DNA of 64,000 nt from a bacterium (lineage in GTDB: Bacteria; JACRDZ01; JAQUKH01), in the NCBI GenBank assembly GCA_028719205.1, contig JAQUKH010000008.1, positions 1 through 64,000 of the forward strand. Reading direction: 5' to 3'. Made by a program: the position numbers and the translations under genes. Below, piece by piece: positions 37,820-47,905 of the stretch. How positions within the stretch are numbered: position 1 is the stretch's first letter; each line of letters starts with the position of its first letter. The notes below the pieces were generated by a model. It saw only the letters and a program-made list of their open reading frames with translations. It was not told where the DNA came from and did not search any database.

Positions 37820-38906
37820 GATTTTCTCCCGAAAATGGTTTAAATATTACAAGCCCGGAAACATTATCATCACGGCCGTCTTCAATTGTTTTGCCAATCT
37901 CATTCTCATTCAAATTCCCCCAATAATTATCCTCGGCGGAAATTTGTAAAGGCCCATTATTGTCAAGGTTAAACTTTTTATTGCTTTCTATATTATTATA
38001 ATGCAAAACCGCCTCAGTCTGATTTAAGGAAATTCCATCCCCGCCGTTTTTACTAATGGTATTTTTCCTTAATGTCAGCTTTGAATTGTTTGACGCGATC
38101 CCGTCCATCGCGTTTTCACTTATCAAATTATTTTCAAGGCCGACTTCGCTTTCCTGGAAAAGAACTCCCTGCCGGTTATTCATAATTTCTGAACCGGAAA
38201 TATTTCCTTTACATTCCTTCAGGCGCAAGCCTTCCAGCCTGTTATTTTTAATGACATTATTTTTAAGCAATATATCCGACCGCATAGCGTGAACCGCGGA
38301 ATAATTATTAATAAATACGTTATTTATGATCTCTGCCTTTGAATCACGGAAACGCAAAGCGCTGTAATTATCCTTAAATGTACAATCTTTAACTCCAACC
38401 TCTGATTCCTGAAATTGAAATCCGCGGCTGTTATCAGAAAAAATCAGATTTTCTAAGACAACCTTTGAAAAATGGCTATGCAAAGCACGATGGGCATTAT
38501 TAAATTTGCAATACGATAAAATATTCGGATTACCCTCGCTTGCGATAAAATATATCCCTTCCCACAAATTTTTATCCTGTGAGCGGCCCGATGAAAATAC
38601 GATCGGGTCATTTTTTTCCGCCTTCGCGTTTAACGCGCCGAACACATAAAGGCCGCTCTCGCCAACCCCATCATCGTTTACATCCTGCCAGATAAAATTT
38701 ACTGCAGTCCCGGGCTTAATCGTCAAAACCGCTCCAGCTTCTACTGTAACTATACCTTCGATAAAAATATTCCCTTCCCATATTGTGTTGTTTGTAATAT
38801 GCAGATCCCTGTAAATAACAGGCTCGTTTCTTACAGTCTTAATACATCCAAACACAACTGATAGAAAAACCGGTATAATAACAAACTTATTCCTGACGGA
38901 TATCAT
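37812..38906 (-). CDS. Right-handed parallel beta-helix lipoprotein
   Basis: VFGC lipobox; LTIKPGT; repeated N..I..N..G units; NYWG. Confidence 0.8.
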   Translation of the reverse strand: MISVRNKFVIIPVFLSVVFGCIKTVRNEPVIYRDLHITNNTIWEGNIFIEGIVTVEAGAVLTIKPGTAVNFIWQDVNDDGVGESGLYVFGALNAKAEKNDPIVFSSGRSQDKNLWEGIYFIASEGNPNILSYCKFNNAHRALHSHFSKVVLENLIFSDNSRGFQFQESEVGVKDCTFKDNYSALRFRDSKAEIINNVFINNYSAVHAMRSDILLKNNVIKNNRLEGLRLKECKGNISGSEIMNNRQGVLFQESEVGLENNLISENAMDGIASNNSKLTLRKNTISKNGGDGISLNQTEAVLHYNNIESNKKFNLDNNGPLQISAEDNYWGNLNENEIGKTIEDGRDDNVSGLVIFKPFSGENHE

Positions 38907-39645
38907 ATTTATTATAGTTAATGTTGTTATCTTTTAAAATCAAATTTGATCTAGCGCCGATAAAAATCCCTTCTTCTTCATTGTTTTCTATTTTATTCCC
39001 GGTTATTTCTCCTGTAGAATAAAAAATGCAATAAATTCCGGCATAATTTTTACTGATAGTATTCCCCCTTATTTTTAGCCCTGAATTTCCTCCGGAAGAA
39101 ATAATCGCATATTTATTTTTTTCAAATAAACTATTTTCAACAATAAAAGCCGATTCCAGACAATCGATCCCGGCATAAGCATTTTTTATTTCACAAAATT
39201 TTAAAGTACACTCTTCGGATCTGTCAAGGATAATTCCGGCCCAGTAAATCCCATCGCGAGCTTTTCCTTCACCTGAAAAAATTATCGGCCTGTCTTCTTT
39301 TCCTTTGGCAATAATCTTCCCCCGGACTAAAATTTCATTATAGGGCGATAAAAACAGCGGTTCATTCTTCGATGTATCTTTTTCCCTGATGATAATTTTA
39401 GTCCCGGGCTGAATCGTAAGATTTATACCTTTTGGGATCAAAAGATCATCTTCAATCTGAACAACACCGCTCCAGACCGCGTCTTTGGTTATTATCCCGC
39501 TGAAGGAAAAAACTCTTTGAGTTTCTCCCTGATCCATCCCGGCTTTTCCCGGGCCTTTTAAACATCCCGCGGTAAATAAAATAATAATAAAAAGGCCGAC
39601 AAAGTCGGCCATAAATATTTTAATAAGACTTTTTATTTCCTTCAT
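38887..39645 (-). CDS. Right-handed parallel beta-helix lipoprotein
   Basis: TAGC lipobox; LTIQPGT, WAGI and beta-helix repeats. Confidence 0.8.
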   Translation of the reverse strand: MKEIKSLIKIFMADFVGLFIIILFTAGCLKGPGKAGMDQGETQRVFSFSGIITKDAVWSGVVQIEDDLLIPKGINLTIQPGTKIIIREKDTSKNEPLFLSPYNEILVRGKIIAKGKEDRPIIFSGEGKARDGIYWAGIILDRSEECTLKFCEIKNAYAGIDCLESAFIVENSLFEKNKYAIISSGGNSGLKIRGNTISKNYAGIYCIFYSTGEITGNKIENNEEEGIFIGARSNLILKDNNINYNKYDIRQE

Positions 39646-39653
39646 AATTTATA

Positions 39654-40277
39654 TTAAATCAACTTTTTCTCTTTCAAAAACCCTCTTGCCGCGTCAGAGG
39701 CTGACTCGGATCCATTATCAACCTTTTTTAAAAGTTCCTCATACACCTTTTCATCAATGATCCCGCCTAATTTATCCAGCAATCTTGGAAGCGCGGGAAA
39801 TTTTTTCAAGGTATCTTTTCTTATTACCGGCGCGGCTAAACAAGACAACCCCATTTTCTTTACTTCTTCATTTTTTACCAATTTACTATTGAACCCAAAC
39901 GGTTTCAGCCAGACAAGATTCAATTTTTCCTGATATTCCTGCCGCACAACTTCAAATATTTTATCCTTTTCCGTAAAATCCTTTTTTTTCAGAACTTCAA
40001 TTAAAGCCGCGCCCGTATATTCAACAAAAATATCCAGATCGCCTTTTTCCAAGAGGTCATGCCCCTTTTCATTTTGTTCCAAAACTTTAACTACAGCAGT
40101 AGTTCCTGTTCTCTCCCGGATAAGAATAGCAAGAATCTCTGCTAAGATCATTGACTCGGAATTTTTCTCCTGCCCGATATAAATTGTTTTTCCCACACAG
40201 GCTAATGACATATCTATGCATATAATATTCATTAACAATAAACATAAAGACATAAAAACAACTGTTTTACTTTTCAT
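39654..40277 (-). CDS. Glycine-betaine/OpuAC-like substrate-binding protein
   Basis: ESMILAE, DIFVEYTG and WLKPFGF motifs; predicted mature N-terminus CVGK. Confidence 0.7.
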   Translation of the reverse strand: MKSKTVVFMSLCLLLMNIICIDMSLACVGKTIYIGQEKNSESMILAEILAILIRERTGTTAVVKVLEQNEKGHDLLEKGDLDIFVEYTGAALIEVLKKKDFTEKDKIFEVVRQEYQEKLNLVWLKPFGFNSKLVKNEEVKKMGLSCLAAPVIRKDTLKKFPALPRLLDKLGGIIDEKVYEELLKKVDNGSESASDAARGFLKEKKLI

Positions 40278-41182
40278 TTTTCCACCTCTTTTAAGCACAT
40301 CAGGTCCGGCCTGTTAAAATTCCCGTCATAAAAATAACTCCGCCCGCGGCACCCGCCCTGGCACCAGCTTACAAGCGCGCAGGAAATACATTTTTGAGGC
40401 AAAAAAGAAACCTGTTTTTGGAGAATAGGCGCTTTATTCTTCCAGATCTCTTTTAAAGTTTCATTTTTAAGATCCCCCAATTCTATATCTATCGAGGAAC
40501 AGCCATATACCTTTCCGTCCTGCCTCACATAGGCTACCGCGCTTCCCGCCTGGCAGCCATTATATACCCCGCTTGTTATAACCGCTGTATCTCTTTCCGG
40601 ATAAAATACCGAGCTTATAAAAAAATCCCTTATCACGAGTTCAATATTTTTTTCCCAATACTTTATCTTCTGAGAAATTATTTTCTTAAATTTATCCAAC
40701 CTTTGCTTTTCTATCGTAAAAACGATACTATCTTTTACGCATTTCCAGCTGTTAAAATTATTAACGATAAATCTTCCAAACGACCTATCGACAGCCCTGT
40801 CTATTATACTAGTTATATCCTCAAAATTATTTTTAGTTACAAAAGCACTGACCGCTCTTTTCTTTTTTAAAGCAACCGGCAGCTTTTGTTCATTAAAATC
40901 GCCTTCCAGTATTTCCGGCCCGAAAACAAAACATTCCACAAGATCCTGTATCTCAGGTTTTTCCAGAAAGGCAGGGTATTTACTCTCTAAAAATAAAAAC
41001 ACCTTTATCCCTTTAGCCTTTGCTTCAGATAAAATAAAAGTAATACTTTTTTCTTTATCCTCAAACGCCCCCCTGATCGCCAATTGGAATATTCCGCTTG
41101 AGATTATCTTTTTACCAACGGATAAAATATCTTCTTCCCGTTCAGGCAGATCCCATTCTAATCTAAGCGGGGTTCTTAACAT
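40274..41182 (-). CDS. GeoRSP-type SPASM-domain protein (degenerate radical SAM domain)
   Basis: PLRLEWDL start without CxxxCxxC; C-terminal GCQAG..GKVYGC..CxxC...CxGGCRG SPASM domain. Confidence 0.75.
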   Translation of the reverse strand: MLRTPLRLEWDLPEREEDILSVGKKIISSGIFQLAIRGAFEDKEKSITFILSEAKAKGIKVFLFLESKYPAFLEKPEIQDLVECFVFGPEILEGDFNEQKLPVALKKKRAVSAFVTKNNFEDITSIIDRAVDRSFGRFIVNNFNSWKCVKDSIVFTIEKQRLDKFKKIISQKIKYWEKNIELVIRDFFISSVFYPERDTAVITSGVYNGCQAGSAVAYVRQDGKVYGCSSIDIELGDLKNETLKEIWKNKAPILQKQVSFLPQKCISCALVSWCQGGCRGRSYFYDGNFNRPDLMCLKEVEK

Positions 41183-42191
41183 CGTCCTCCTTCCAGCAAT
41201 GCGGGTCAGGCTGGTTGAAATCGCCGGACATCGCGTAGGCCCTCGCGCTGCACCCGCCTAAACACTCTTCATAACTTTCACATGAAACACATTTACCTTT
41301 GGCTTCTTTATTCCTGAGTTTCAGTAAGACCGGAGAATTTTTCCACAGATCCGATATGTCTTCCTTTAAAATATTCCCTATTGAAACCGGCATAAAACCG
41401 CAGGGGGTAACATCACCGTTAGGTTTAATCGCGAGTGATAGTTTCCCGCAACTGCTTCCCGGAACAATTGTTTTCTCCCTTCCCCCAAATTCCTTTAAAA
41501 GACAGATGACAGGGTCATCCAATGAAACTATAATATCTGAAACTTCTTTTTTCTTTATCAAAATATTCTTGTAAAATTCCATCCACTCCTGAGGAGTCAG
41601 GTCCAATTCATCACGATTTATAAATCCTGATCCGCTGCATTTATAATTATGAAAAGTAACTTTTTTAACGCCTAGTTTTCTAACGAGATCAATAAGCTCG
41701 CTGAAGTTTTTGTAATTTATTTTACTTATTACGGATGATACGGCAACATCAATATTATTTTTCTTTAATAGTTCGATCGCCGTAACTGCTTTTCTAAAAC
41801 TCCCTTTCTTGTTGCGAAAATTATCATGTTCTTCTTCCCGCGCGCTGTCTAAACTTATTTCAACTTTTGAAATTCTGCTTTCCTTGACTTTTTTAACAAT
41901 TTCCTCGTCAACCAGAAAACCATTAGTAGAAACACTTATATGGAGCCCGTTCTCCCGCGCGAATAACGCGATATCAAATATATCTTTTTTAAGAAAAGGC
42001 TCTCCACCGCCGAAATTAGCAAAATAGATCTTAGCCGCGACAAGCTTTTTAACTATTTCCTTATTCTCCTCTGTCGATAATTCTGAATATTTTTCCAGCC
42101 TTGAATAACAATGTTTGCAGTTAAAATTGCAGTGAACGGATAAACTCCAATTCACCAGGAGCGGGGTATTAGGTATTTTTGTTTTCATCAT
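41163..42191 (-). CDS. GeoRSP-type radical SAM/SPASM protein
   Basis: NWSLSxxCNFNCKHCYSR, NFGGGEP, CGKLSL..NGDVTPCGF and CVSC..CLGGCSARA motifs. Confidence 0.85.
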   Translation of the reverse strand: MMKTKIPNTPLLVNWSLSVHCNFNCKHCYSRLEKYSELSTEENKEIVKKLVAAKIYFANFGGGEPFLKKDIFDIALFARENGLHISVSTNGFLVDEEIVKKVKESRISKVEISLDSAREEEHDNFRNKKGSFRKAVTAIELLKKNNIDVAVSSVISKINYKNFSELIDLVRKLGVKKVTFHNYKCSGSGFINRDELDLTPQEWMEFYKNILIKKKEVSDIIVSLDDPVICLLKEFGGREKTIVPGSSCGKLSLAIKPNGDVTPCGFMPVSIGNILKEDISDLWKNSPVLLKLRNKEAKGKCVSCESYEECLGGCSARAYAMSGDFNQPDPHCWKEDDVKNPA

Positions 42192-42495
42192 AAATCAACC
42201 AGCCTTCTTTTAAAAGCCGGCTTAGAAAAAAATTAATATCTTCTTTTAATGTTTTCTCATCCGTCTCAAAATTTTCAAGGATCTTTGAAACTATCTCATC
42301 TTCTCCCATGGTCCCGTCAGACAGCATCCATATTTTGCTGGCCACATAATTTAACTGGTGGACCATATCGGCAATAACCAAAGTTATTACCGCGTCCTCT
42401 GAAACATCCTCGCCGTTTCCCGCTCTTTTCAATAGTTCTTCTTCTTCGATCTCAATTCTCCAGACGATTTCAGGATTACGTTTGATTTTTTTCAT
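42169..42495 (-). CDS. GeoRSP-type PqqD/RRE family protein
   Basis: RNPEIVWR...MVHQLNYVASKIWMLSDG...L..DI..FL..L...GW. Confidence 0.8.
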   Translation of the reverse strand: MKKIKRNPEIVWRIEIEEEELLKRAGNGEDVSEDAVITLVIADMVHQLNYVASKIWMLSDGTMGEDEIVSKILENFETDEKTLKEDINFFLSRLLKEGWLIYDENKNT

Positions 42496-42507
42496 AGGAA
42501 TTCCCAA

Positions 42508-43737
42508 TTATGGTTTTTTACCGGAGCTATCGGTCTTCGCGGTTTTTATCTTTGATAATTCCAATAATTTATATGAAAGTTTCGCAACACAATACTGAAA
42601 TGAATATGCTAATTTATTATTTTCAAGAAATGAACTTACTTCAGCGGATTTCTTAAAATCCATTAAACGTTTTAATCTGGTTTTTAGAACATAATCATTG
42701 CTCCCGTTAACCGCTATTATGACCCGCGCTACCAGCGGATCCTGATATGAAAGCCTGTTTTTCATATCCCATATTTTCTCATATGCTTTAAAAAAATCAT
42801 ATTCTTTTTTATTTTTGATTTCCAACTCTTCTATTTTATTTTGTTCAAATTTACTGATAGCGACAAAAGTTGAATCCTTTTTCTTATCCCTTACCATTTT
42901 CAAAGCCATACTGCAATATCCTCTGCTTAATTGTATCATTTCATAAGACCGGACAAAATCTTTTTGCATATCTTTTTCCGCCATATCCCTGTATTTTAAA
43001 CCCTGGTTAAAATACCATTGTATTTCCTCATTCCCGCTCTCGAGTATACTGTCCATATCATCTTTTACAAGCTCATCCAAATCCACGACCTTTTCCTTTA
43101 TAATACCCTCTATCGCGGGATATAATTCCTCCACACTAAGTTTCATAGCACTCAATAAACAATCCACCGCGAATGAAATAGAATCCTGAGCGGAAATATA
43201 TTCCTTACGTTTAGCTTCCGCGCGCGCGTTTTCGTATGATACCCTGGCCTGCTGGAATAACTCTTTCAATTTCACGCTGAACCCGGTAAAATCATTATTA
43301 AAATAAAGCCTGTTGCAGCATTCAAATAATATATCAAGCTGCTGCATCCTGTTTTCCACTTTACTTTTCAGGTCATTTGATTCATAATTTGATAAATTAA
43401 AAACTTTATTCGCAAAATCTTCAGCAAACTCTATTTTTTTAATAGCCTGATCAAATTCTCCCTTTTCGATATATCCCTTAGCCTGGGAGGTAAATTCAAT
43501 CGCTTTTTTCAGAGTTAAATGATAATCTCCGTTATAAAATTCAGAAATCATAATTTCATACTCGATCAATTCTTCCAGCGCAGTCATCTTTGATTTAACC
43601 ATTTCTTTTATATTGGAAGTATCAATACTTTCATTGCTGTAATTGTCCTGGGAATACACAATAAACGCGGGATTTAAAACAAAAATAAAAATAAGGCTGA
43701 ATATGAAAATTCTCTTCATGGGTATACTCTTACTCAT
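42508..43737 (-). CDS. Secreted alpha-helical hypothetical protein
   Basis: Signal peptide and TPR-like helical composition; adjacent to and co-oriented with the PqqD gene. Confidence 0.6.
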   Translation of the reverse strand: MSKSIPMKRIFIFSLIFIFVLNPAFIVYSQDNYSNESIDTSNIKEMVKSKMTALEELIEYEIMISEFYNGDYHLTLKKAIEFTSQAKGYIEKGEFDQAIKKIEFAEDFANKVFNLSNYESNDLKSKVENRMQQLDILFECCNRLYFNNDFTGFSVKLKELFQQARVSYENARAEAKRKEYISAQDSISFAVDCLLSAMKLSVEELYPAIEGIIKEKVVDLDELVKDDMDSILESGNEEIQWYFNQGLKYRDMAEKDMQKDFVRSYEMIQLSRGYCSMALKMVRDKKKDSTFVAISKFEQNKIEELEIKNKKEYDFFKAYEKIWDMKNRLSYQDPLVARVIIAVNGSNDYVLKTRLKRLMDFKKSAEVSSFLENNKLAYSFQYCVAKLSYKLLELSKIKTAKTDSSGKKP

Positions 43738-43783
43738 TATATTATGATATCATTTTTTATAAAATAATACTATTTGAAAATAT

Positions 43784-45301
43784 TTAATTTATCTTTTTAT
43801 TTTTTGGTATGCAAAAATTAATCAAAACACCAAAAAGAGTAAGAACAGAAACAAATTCCAACCGGCCGATCCACATTTCAATAATATAAACAATTTTCAG
43901 CGGGTTAGGCATAGCAGGCGAAGTTATACCGCAAGACAAACCTGTGTTGCTTCCCGCGGAGACGGATTCAAAAAATGCCTCGATCGCGGAATAACCATAA
44001 TACATTCCAAATATTGTTCCAACAAAATATGTTACCATATAAAGCAAAATGATCATCATCGCGTTTTTAACAAGCGCGTTATCTAAAACAATATCTCGGA
44101 TATGATGGAACTTTTGTGCGATCACGGATGATTCCGGTGAAATATATCTTCTTATTTCCTGAAGCAGGCTTTTGCAAACTATACCTACACGCAGGCCTTT
44201 AAAACCGCCGCCGGTAGAACAGGCACTGGCACCGATAGACATCGCGACAGTGACTCCCATCATGGAAAGAGGCCCCCATTCTTTAACAAATTGCCTCGTG
44301 TAAATAGACATAGTCCCTGTAGTAGTATGTCCGGATACAATTATAAAAAATGCCTTGCGAAAATTCATAAAAAACCCGGGGTATGTCTTTGCCTGAATTA
44401 ATCCCCACATTAAAATTATAAATGAAAGCGATAAAGTAGCTATAAAAGACCTTATCTCAATGTTTTTTAAAATTTCCTTCCTTTGGCCATTCCAAATAAC
44501 GTAATGAAGGGCGAAATTAAACGATCCTATAATTGAAAAAACAGTAGAAACCGCGTCAATCCAATAATTATGATAATAAACAATATTCTGGCTCTGCGGG
44601 GTAAAACCCCCGGTACTCCACGCGCCCATAAAAAGACAGGACCCGTGATAAATCGATTTCCAAAATGACAGCCCGTCAAAAAGTTCAACAATGCTAAAAA
44701 ATACCGTACCGATAACTAAATATGAAAGGCTGATCATCCAGATAGCCCTTGAGGTCTGGGCCACATTAGGCAGAAGTTTTTCTTCTCTTCCTTCACCTAC
44801 ATACAATTTAAACATCCCGCTGCCCCCGCCTGCCATAAAACTAAGCGCGACAACTACTATCCCCTGCCCGCCGCAATAAGTCAAAATATGCCTGTAAAAA
44901 TTAAGCCCGTAAGAAACATGATCCAGGTCATTCATTAAAAAAAGCCCGGTCGTTGTAAAACCGCTCATTACATCAAAACATGCGTCTAAATACGAGCCCA
45001 TAACCCCGCCAAGATAATAAGGGATCGCCGCCAGGCACATTGCCAATATCCAGCTAAAACCCACCGCGGCCAAACCTTGTGTCCAGGTAGGTGTTTTATC
45101 AGTACGGCAGGATATCATTAGTAAAAAACCAAAAATTATTGATATTGAACCTCCTAAAACCAGATCAAGCCCCGGATTCCATTCTTTTAAAAAAAAGCAG
45201 ACTATCGCGGGGATAAACAGGACAACACCTACACCTGAAATAATCTTAGAGGTTACAAAACCTATAATTTTTAAATCATCAATATCAGCCTTCGGACTCA
45301 T
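43784..45301 (-). CDS. trkH: TrkH-family K+ uptake membrane protein
   Basis: SGFTTTG, STGGF, STGGGFK, SNTGLS and GRLE motifs. Confidence 0.9.
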   Translation of the reverse strand: MSPKADIDDLKIIGFVTSKIISGVGVVLFIPAIVCFFLKEWNPGLDLVLGGSISIIFGFLLMISCRTDKTPTWTQGLAAVGFSWILAMCLAAIPYYLGGVMGSYLDACFDVMSGFTTTGLFLMNDLDHVSYGLNFYRHILTYCGGQGIVVVALSFMAGGGSGMFKLYVGEGREEKLLPNVAQTSRAIWMISLSYLVIGTVFFSIVELFDGLSFWKSIYHGSCLFMGAWSTGGFTPQSQNIVYYHNYWIDAVSTVFSIIGSFNFALHYVIWNGQRKEILKNIEIRSFIATLSLSFIILMWGLIQAKTYPGFFMNFRKAFFIIVSGHTTTGTMSIYTRQFVKEWGPLSMMGVTVAMSIGASACSTGGGFKGLRVGIVCKSLLQEIRRYISPESSVIAQKFHHIRDIVLDNALVKNAMMIILLYMVTYFVGTIFGMYYGYSAIEAFFESVSAGSNTGLSCGITSPAMPNPLKIVYIIEMWIGRLEFVSVLTLFGVLINFCIPKNKKIN

Positions 45302-45785
45302 TTTCTTTTGCCCTCTTCCTTAAAAACAATTCAACACCTAATAAAATAACCGCCAATAAAAACACACCTATAGTTGTTTTAAGTTTTATATTATCAACCG
45401 GGTGCGAAACGCTTTCACCTTTTTTTAAAACACAGAAATTGTCCAAATGAATATCCGTTTCACCCATATGTTCGATACACGCGCGGTTGAATCTCCCTGT
45501 GATCTGCACAAAATCCCCTTTATGGCTGTAATCCCCGGGATGAGAAAGCTCTGCAACCGATTTTTCAGGAACCCAAATGCCGATAGCGTTAACGCCGTCG
45601 GAAACATTTATCCAGACAAAATCGCCTTTATGGAAAATATCCCCGATAACTTCACCCTTGATAGCAACTTCTTTCAGGTCATTTTCTTTCGCATTTTCAA
45701 TAAGATCAGTTACTGAGATAAAGGCATACGCGCTTGATATATAAAAAAATATAATTAAGAAAATAAATAAAGATATTCTTCTCAT
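45285..45785 (-). CDS. Membrane-anchored OB-fold hypothetical protein
   Basis: GEVIGD, WINV.DG..AIGIW and GD.V.ITG.F segments; terminal TM. Confidence 0.65.
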   Translation of the reverse strand: MRRISLFIFLIIFFYISSAYAFISVTDLIENAKENDLKEVAIKGEVIGDIFHKGDFVWINVSDGVNAIGIWVPEKSVAELSHPGDYSHKGDFVQITGRFNRACIEHMGETDIHLDNFCVLKKGESVSHPVDNIKLKTTIGVFLLAVILLGVELFLRKRAKENESEG

Positions 45786-45914
45786 CTTGAAAGGATCTCC
45801 GCTATCATAGATACGAATGCCATTAACAGAAATAAAGCAAGAGCAAACCCGATCTCTGTTAAAATTCCCAAGAAAATATTTTTTAACAAACTATTTCCAT
45901 TATTTGACATATTT

Positions 45915-46580
45915 TTATTTTATTTTTCCTATTAGAGAAGTAAGAAGAGATTGTTCGTTTTCAACTGAGGTTAGCGCGATAACATCGTCCCCCGGGGTGA
46001 GAACTGTTTCGCCTTTTGGAATAATAATATCTCCACCGCGTATAATACTGACCAAAACAGAGTTTGGCGGCAGAATAATATCTTTTATCATTTTACCAAC
46101 GGCCGGTGAATCATCACTTAAGTCAACTCTGACCAGTGAAATATTGCCCTTTTTAAAACTTAGTAAGTTTATAAAATCATCCAGGGAAACTTCTTCCTCT
46201 ACGATCCTTGCGATAATAGTGGTACTGTTAACCGGAACATCAACACCCAACTCAGAAAATATTGCTTCATTATTCGGATTGTTAACACGGGCTACAGTGC
46301 GCAAAACATTGTATCCTGTTTTTGCAAGCTGGCACGCCACAAAATTATCCTCATCACTGCCTGTAACTGCGGCTAATACAGACGCCTTCGAGATACCCGC
46401 TTGTTCCAGAATACCAATATCGCAGCCATCTCCGTTTATTACCATTGTATCAATTTCCTGGGCAATTTCTTCACATCGAGCCCTATCCTTCTCTATCAAA
46501 GTAACACTAAGCCCGTCCTTAACCAGCTTTTTAACCAGATAATATCCGACTTTTCCGCCTCCGACAACTACAATATTCAT
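45915..46580 (-). CDS. trkA: TrkA-family RCK protein
   Basis: VGGGKVG, GDG, VTGSDEDN and C-terminal TrkA_C. Confidence 0.9.
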   Translation of the reverse strand: MNIVVVGGGKVGYYLVKKLVKDGLSVTLIEKDRARCEEIAQEIDTMVINGDGCDIGILEQAGISKASVLAAVTGSDEDNFVACQLAKTGYNVLRTVARVNNPNNEAIFSELGVDVPVNSTTIIARIVEEEVSLDDFINLLSFKKGNISLVRVDLSDDSPAVGKMIKDIILPPNSVLVSIIRGGDIIIPKGETVLTPGDDVIALTSVENEQSLLTSLIGKIK

Positions 46581-46584
46581 AATT

Positions 46585-47247
46585 TTACTCCACTGAGTCA
46601 GTATAAAAATAATCCGCGTATTTTGTAATTTTATCCGATTTTATCATCGCGTAAATTATATCATTTTTGTTAATAACATAATCTCTTTCCGCCATATTCA
46701 ATTTTTTTTCTTTTTTAACAAGAATGATCCTGAATTCATTCTTTTTTTCAACCTGTTCAATAGTTTTTCCGATTAAAGCTTCGGTAGGCAGAAAATTTAT
46801 TAATTTAATATCCCCATTTTCCATAACACTTGAATCACTGGAATAATTTGTCTGGATAATCTTATTCCTCATTAATTTAGCTATCAAGGTCGTCCCGCCA
46901 ACTACATCCAGCCCTAATTTTAAATATGTTTTTTCTCTGCCGGGATCATAAATCCTGGTAACTATTTTTTTTATTTTAAAAATTCCCTTCGCGACCTGGG
47001 CAGCCATAATATTTGTATTGTCACGATTTGTTACCGCCGCGAAAGCATCTGCTTTCTCTATTCCAGCCTCCAATAGAGCATTTTTATCAAAACCGCTTCC
47101 GACAACAGTAACCCCGTTAAATCCCGCGCCAAGACGGCTGAATGAATCAGGATTTTTGTCAACAACTACGACATTATGTCCGTCCTTAGCTAAAATACAA
47201 GCTAACTGGGCGCCGACACGGCCGCATCCTACAACAATAATATACAT
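46585..47247 (-). CDS. trkA: TrkA-family RCK protein
   Basis: VGCGRVG, LLEAGIEKADAFAAVT and DNTN motifs. Confidence 0.88.
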   Translation of the reverse strand: MYIIVVGCGRVGAQLACILAKDGHNVVVVDKNPDSFSRLGAGFNGVTVVGSGFDKNALLEAGIEKADAFAAVTNRDNTNIMAAQVAKGIFKIKKIVTRIYDPGREKTYLKLGLDVVGGTTLIAKLMRNKIIQTNYSSDSSVMENGDIKLINFLPTEALIGKTIEQVEKKNEFRIILVKKEKKLNMAERDYVINKNDIIYAMIKSDKITKYADYFYTDSVE

Positions 47248-47289
47248 AAATTTTTCCTTAAAAAATATTCCGAGTATTTTAAATTAAAA

Positions 47290-47365
47290 ATTATATACCC
47301 AAAGCCCGATTTGTCAAGAATAAAATGAAAAACCACTTGACAAACATAGTTGTTTTAACTATAAT
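47290..47365. promoter_or_regulatory. Divergent consensus sigma70 promoters
   Basis: Minus: TTGACA(47317)-16-TATAAT. Plus: TTGACA(47337)-17-TATAAT. Confidence 0.75.
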
Positions 47366-47412
47366 TTTTTCAATTTAAATTATTAATATGAACCCTAAAA
47401 AGGAGCGGTAAA

Positions 47413-47901
47413 ATGTTAAATAATAGAAGTAAAATATTAAAAACAGCATATGTGGGACTATGCTTATGCTTTTTGGCTTCATGCCAGAATAAAGAAAAAG
47501 TATCTGAGAAACAACAGGGAATGCAGCAAATGCAACAATTTCCTCAGGCAGTTCCCGGAGCTGGAAGTACGTGGAAAGCGGTAAAGTTAATTGCAAAAGA
47601 CAAAACAAATCCAAATGATAAGGGCAAAGAATTCGACGTGGAAATAGGCGGTAATGCCGTTTTGATCCCAAATTCAAAACTAAAGATCAAAGTTGAAGAA
47701 TTTTTTCCTGATTTTTTTATGGATGAACAAAATAAAATGGCGTCTAAAAGCATTTCTTTAACCAACCCGGCCGTAGCTATTACAGTAGAAGAAGAAGGAA
47801 AACCTGCGTATCATGGATGGTTGTTCGCTAAATATCCTGATGTCCACGCATTCCCTCACGAAACAATAAGCATCAATTTGAAAGATTATATTAAAAAATA
47901 A
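47413..47901 (+). CDS. Lipoprotein, DUF2155-like
   Basis: LASC lipobox; WKAVKL..DK, FFPDFFM, NPA and GWLFAKYP..HAF.H segments. Confidence 0.65.
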   Translation: MLNNRSKILKTAYVGLCLCFLASCQNKEKVSEKQQGMQQMQQFPQAVPGAGSTWKAVKLIAKDKTNPNDKGKEFDVEIGGNAVLIPNSKLKIKVEEFFPDFFMDEQNKMASKSISLTNPAVAITVEEEGKPAYHGWLFAKYPDVHAFPHETISINLKDYIKK

Positions 47902-47905
47902 GAAG

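Noticed and set aside
41163-42495. PQQ biosynthesis (pqqDE)
   Set aside because: No pqqA, pqqB or pqqC; the sequence features fit the GeoRSP type.
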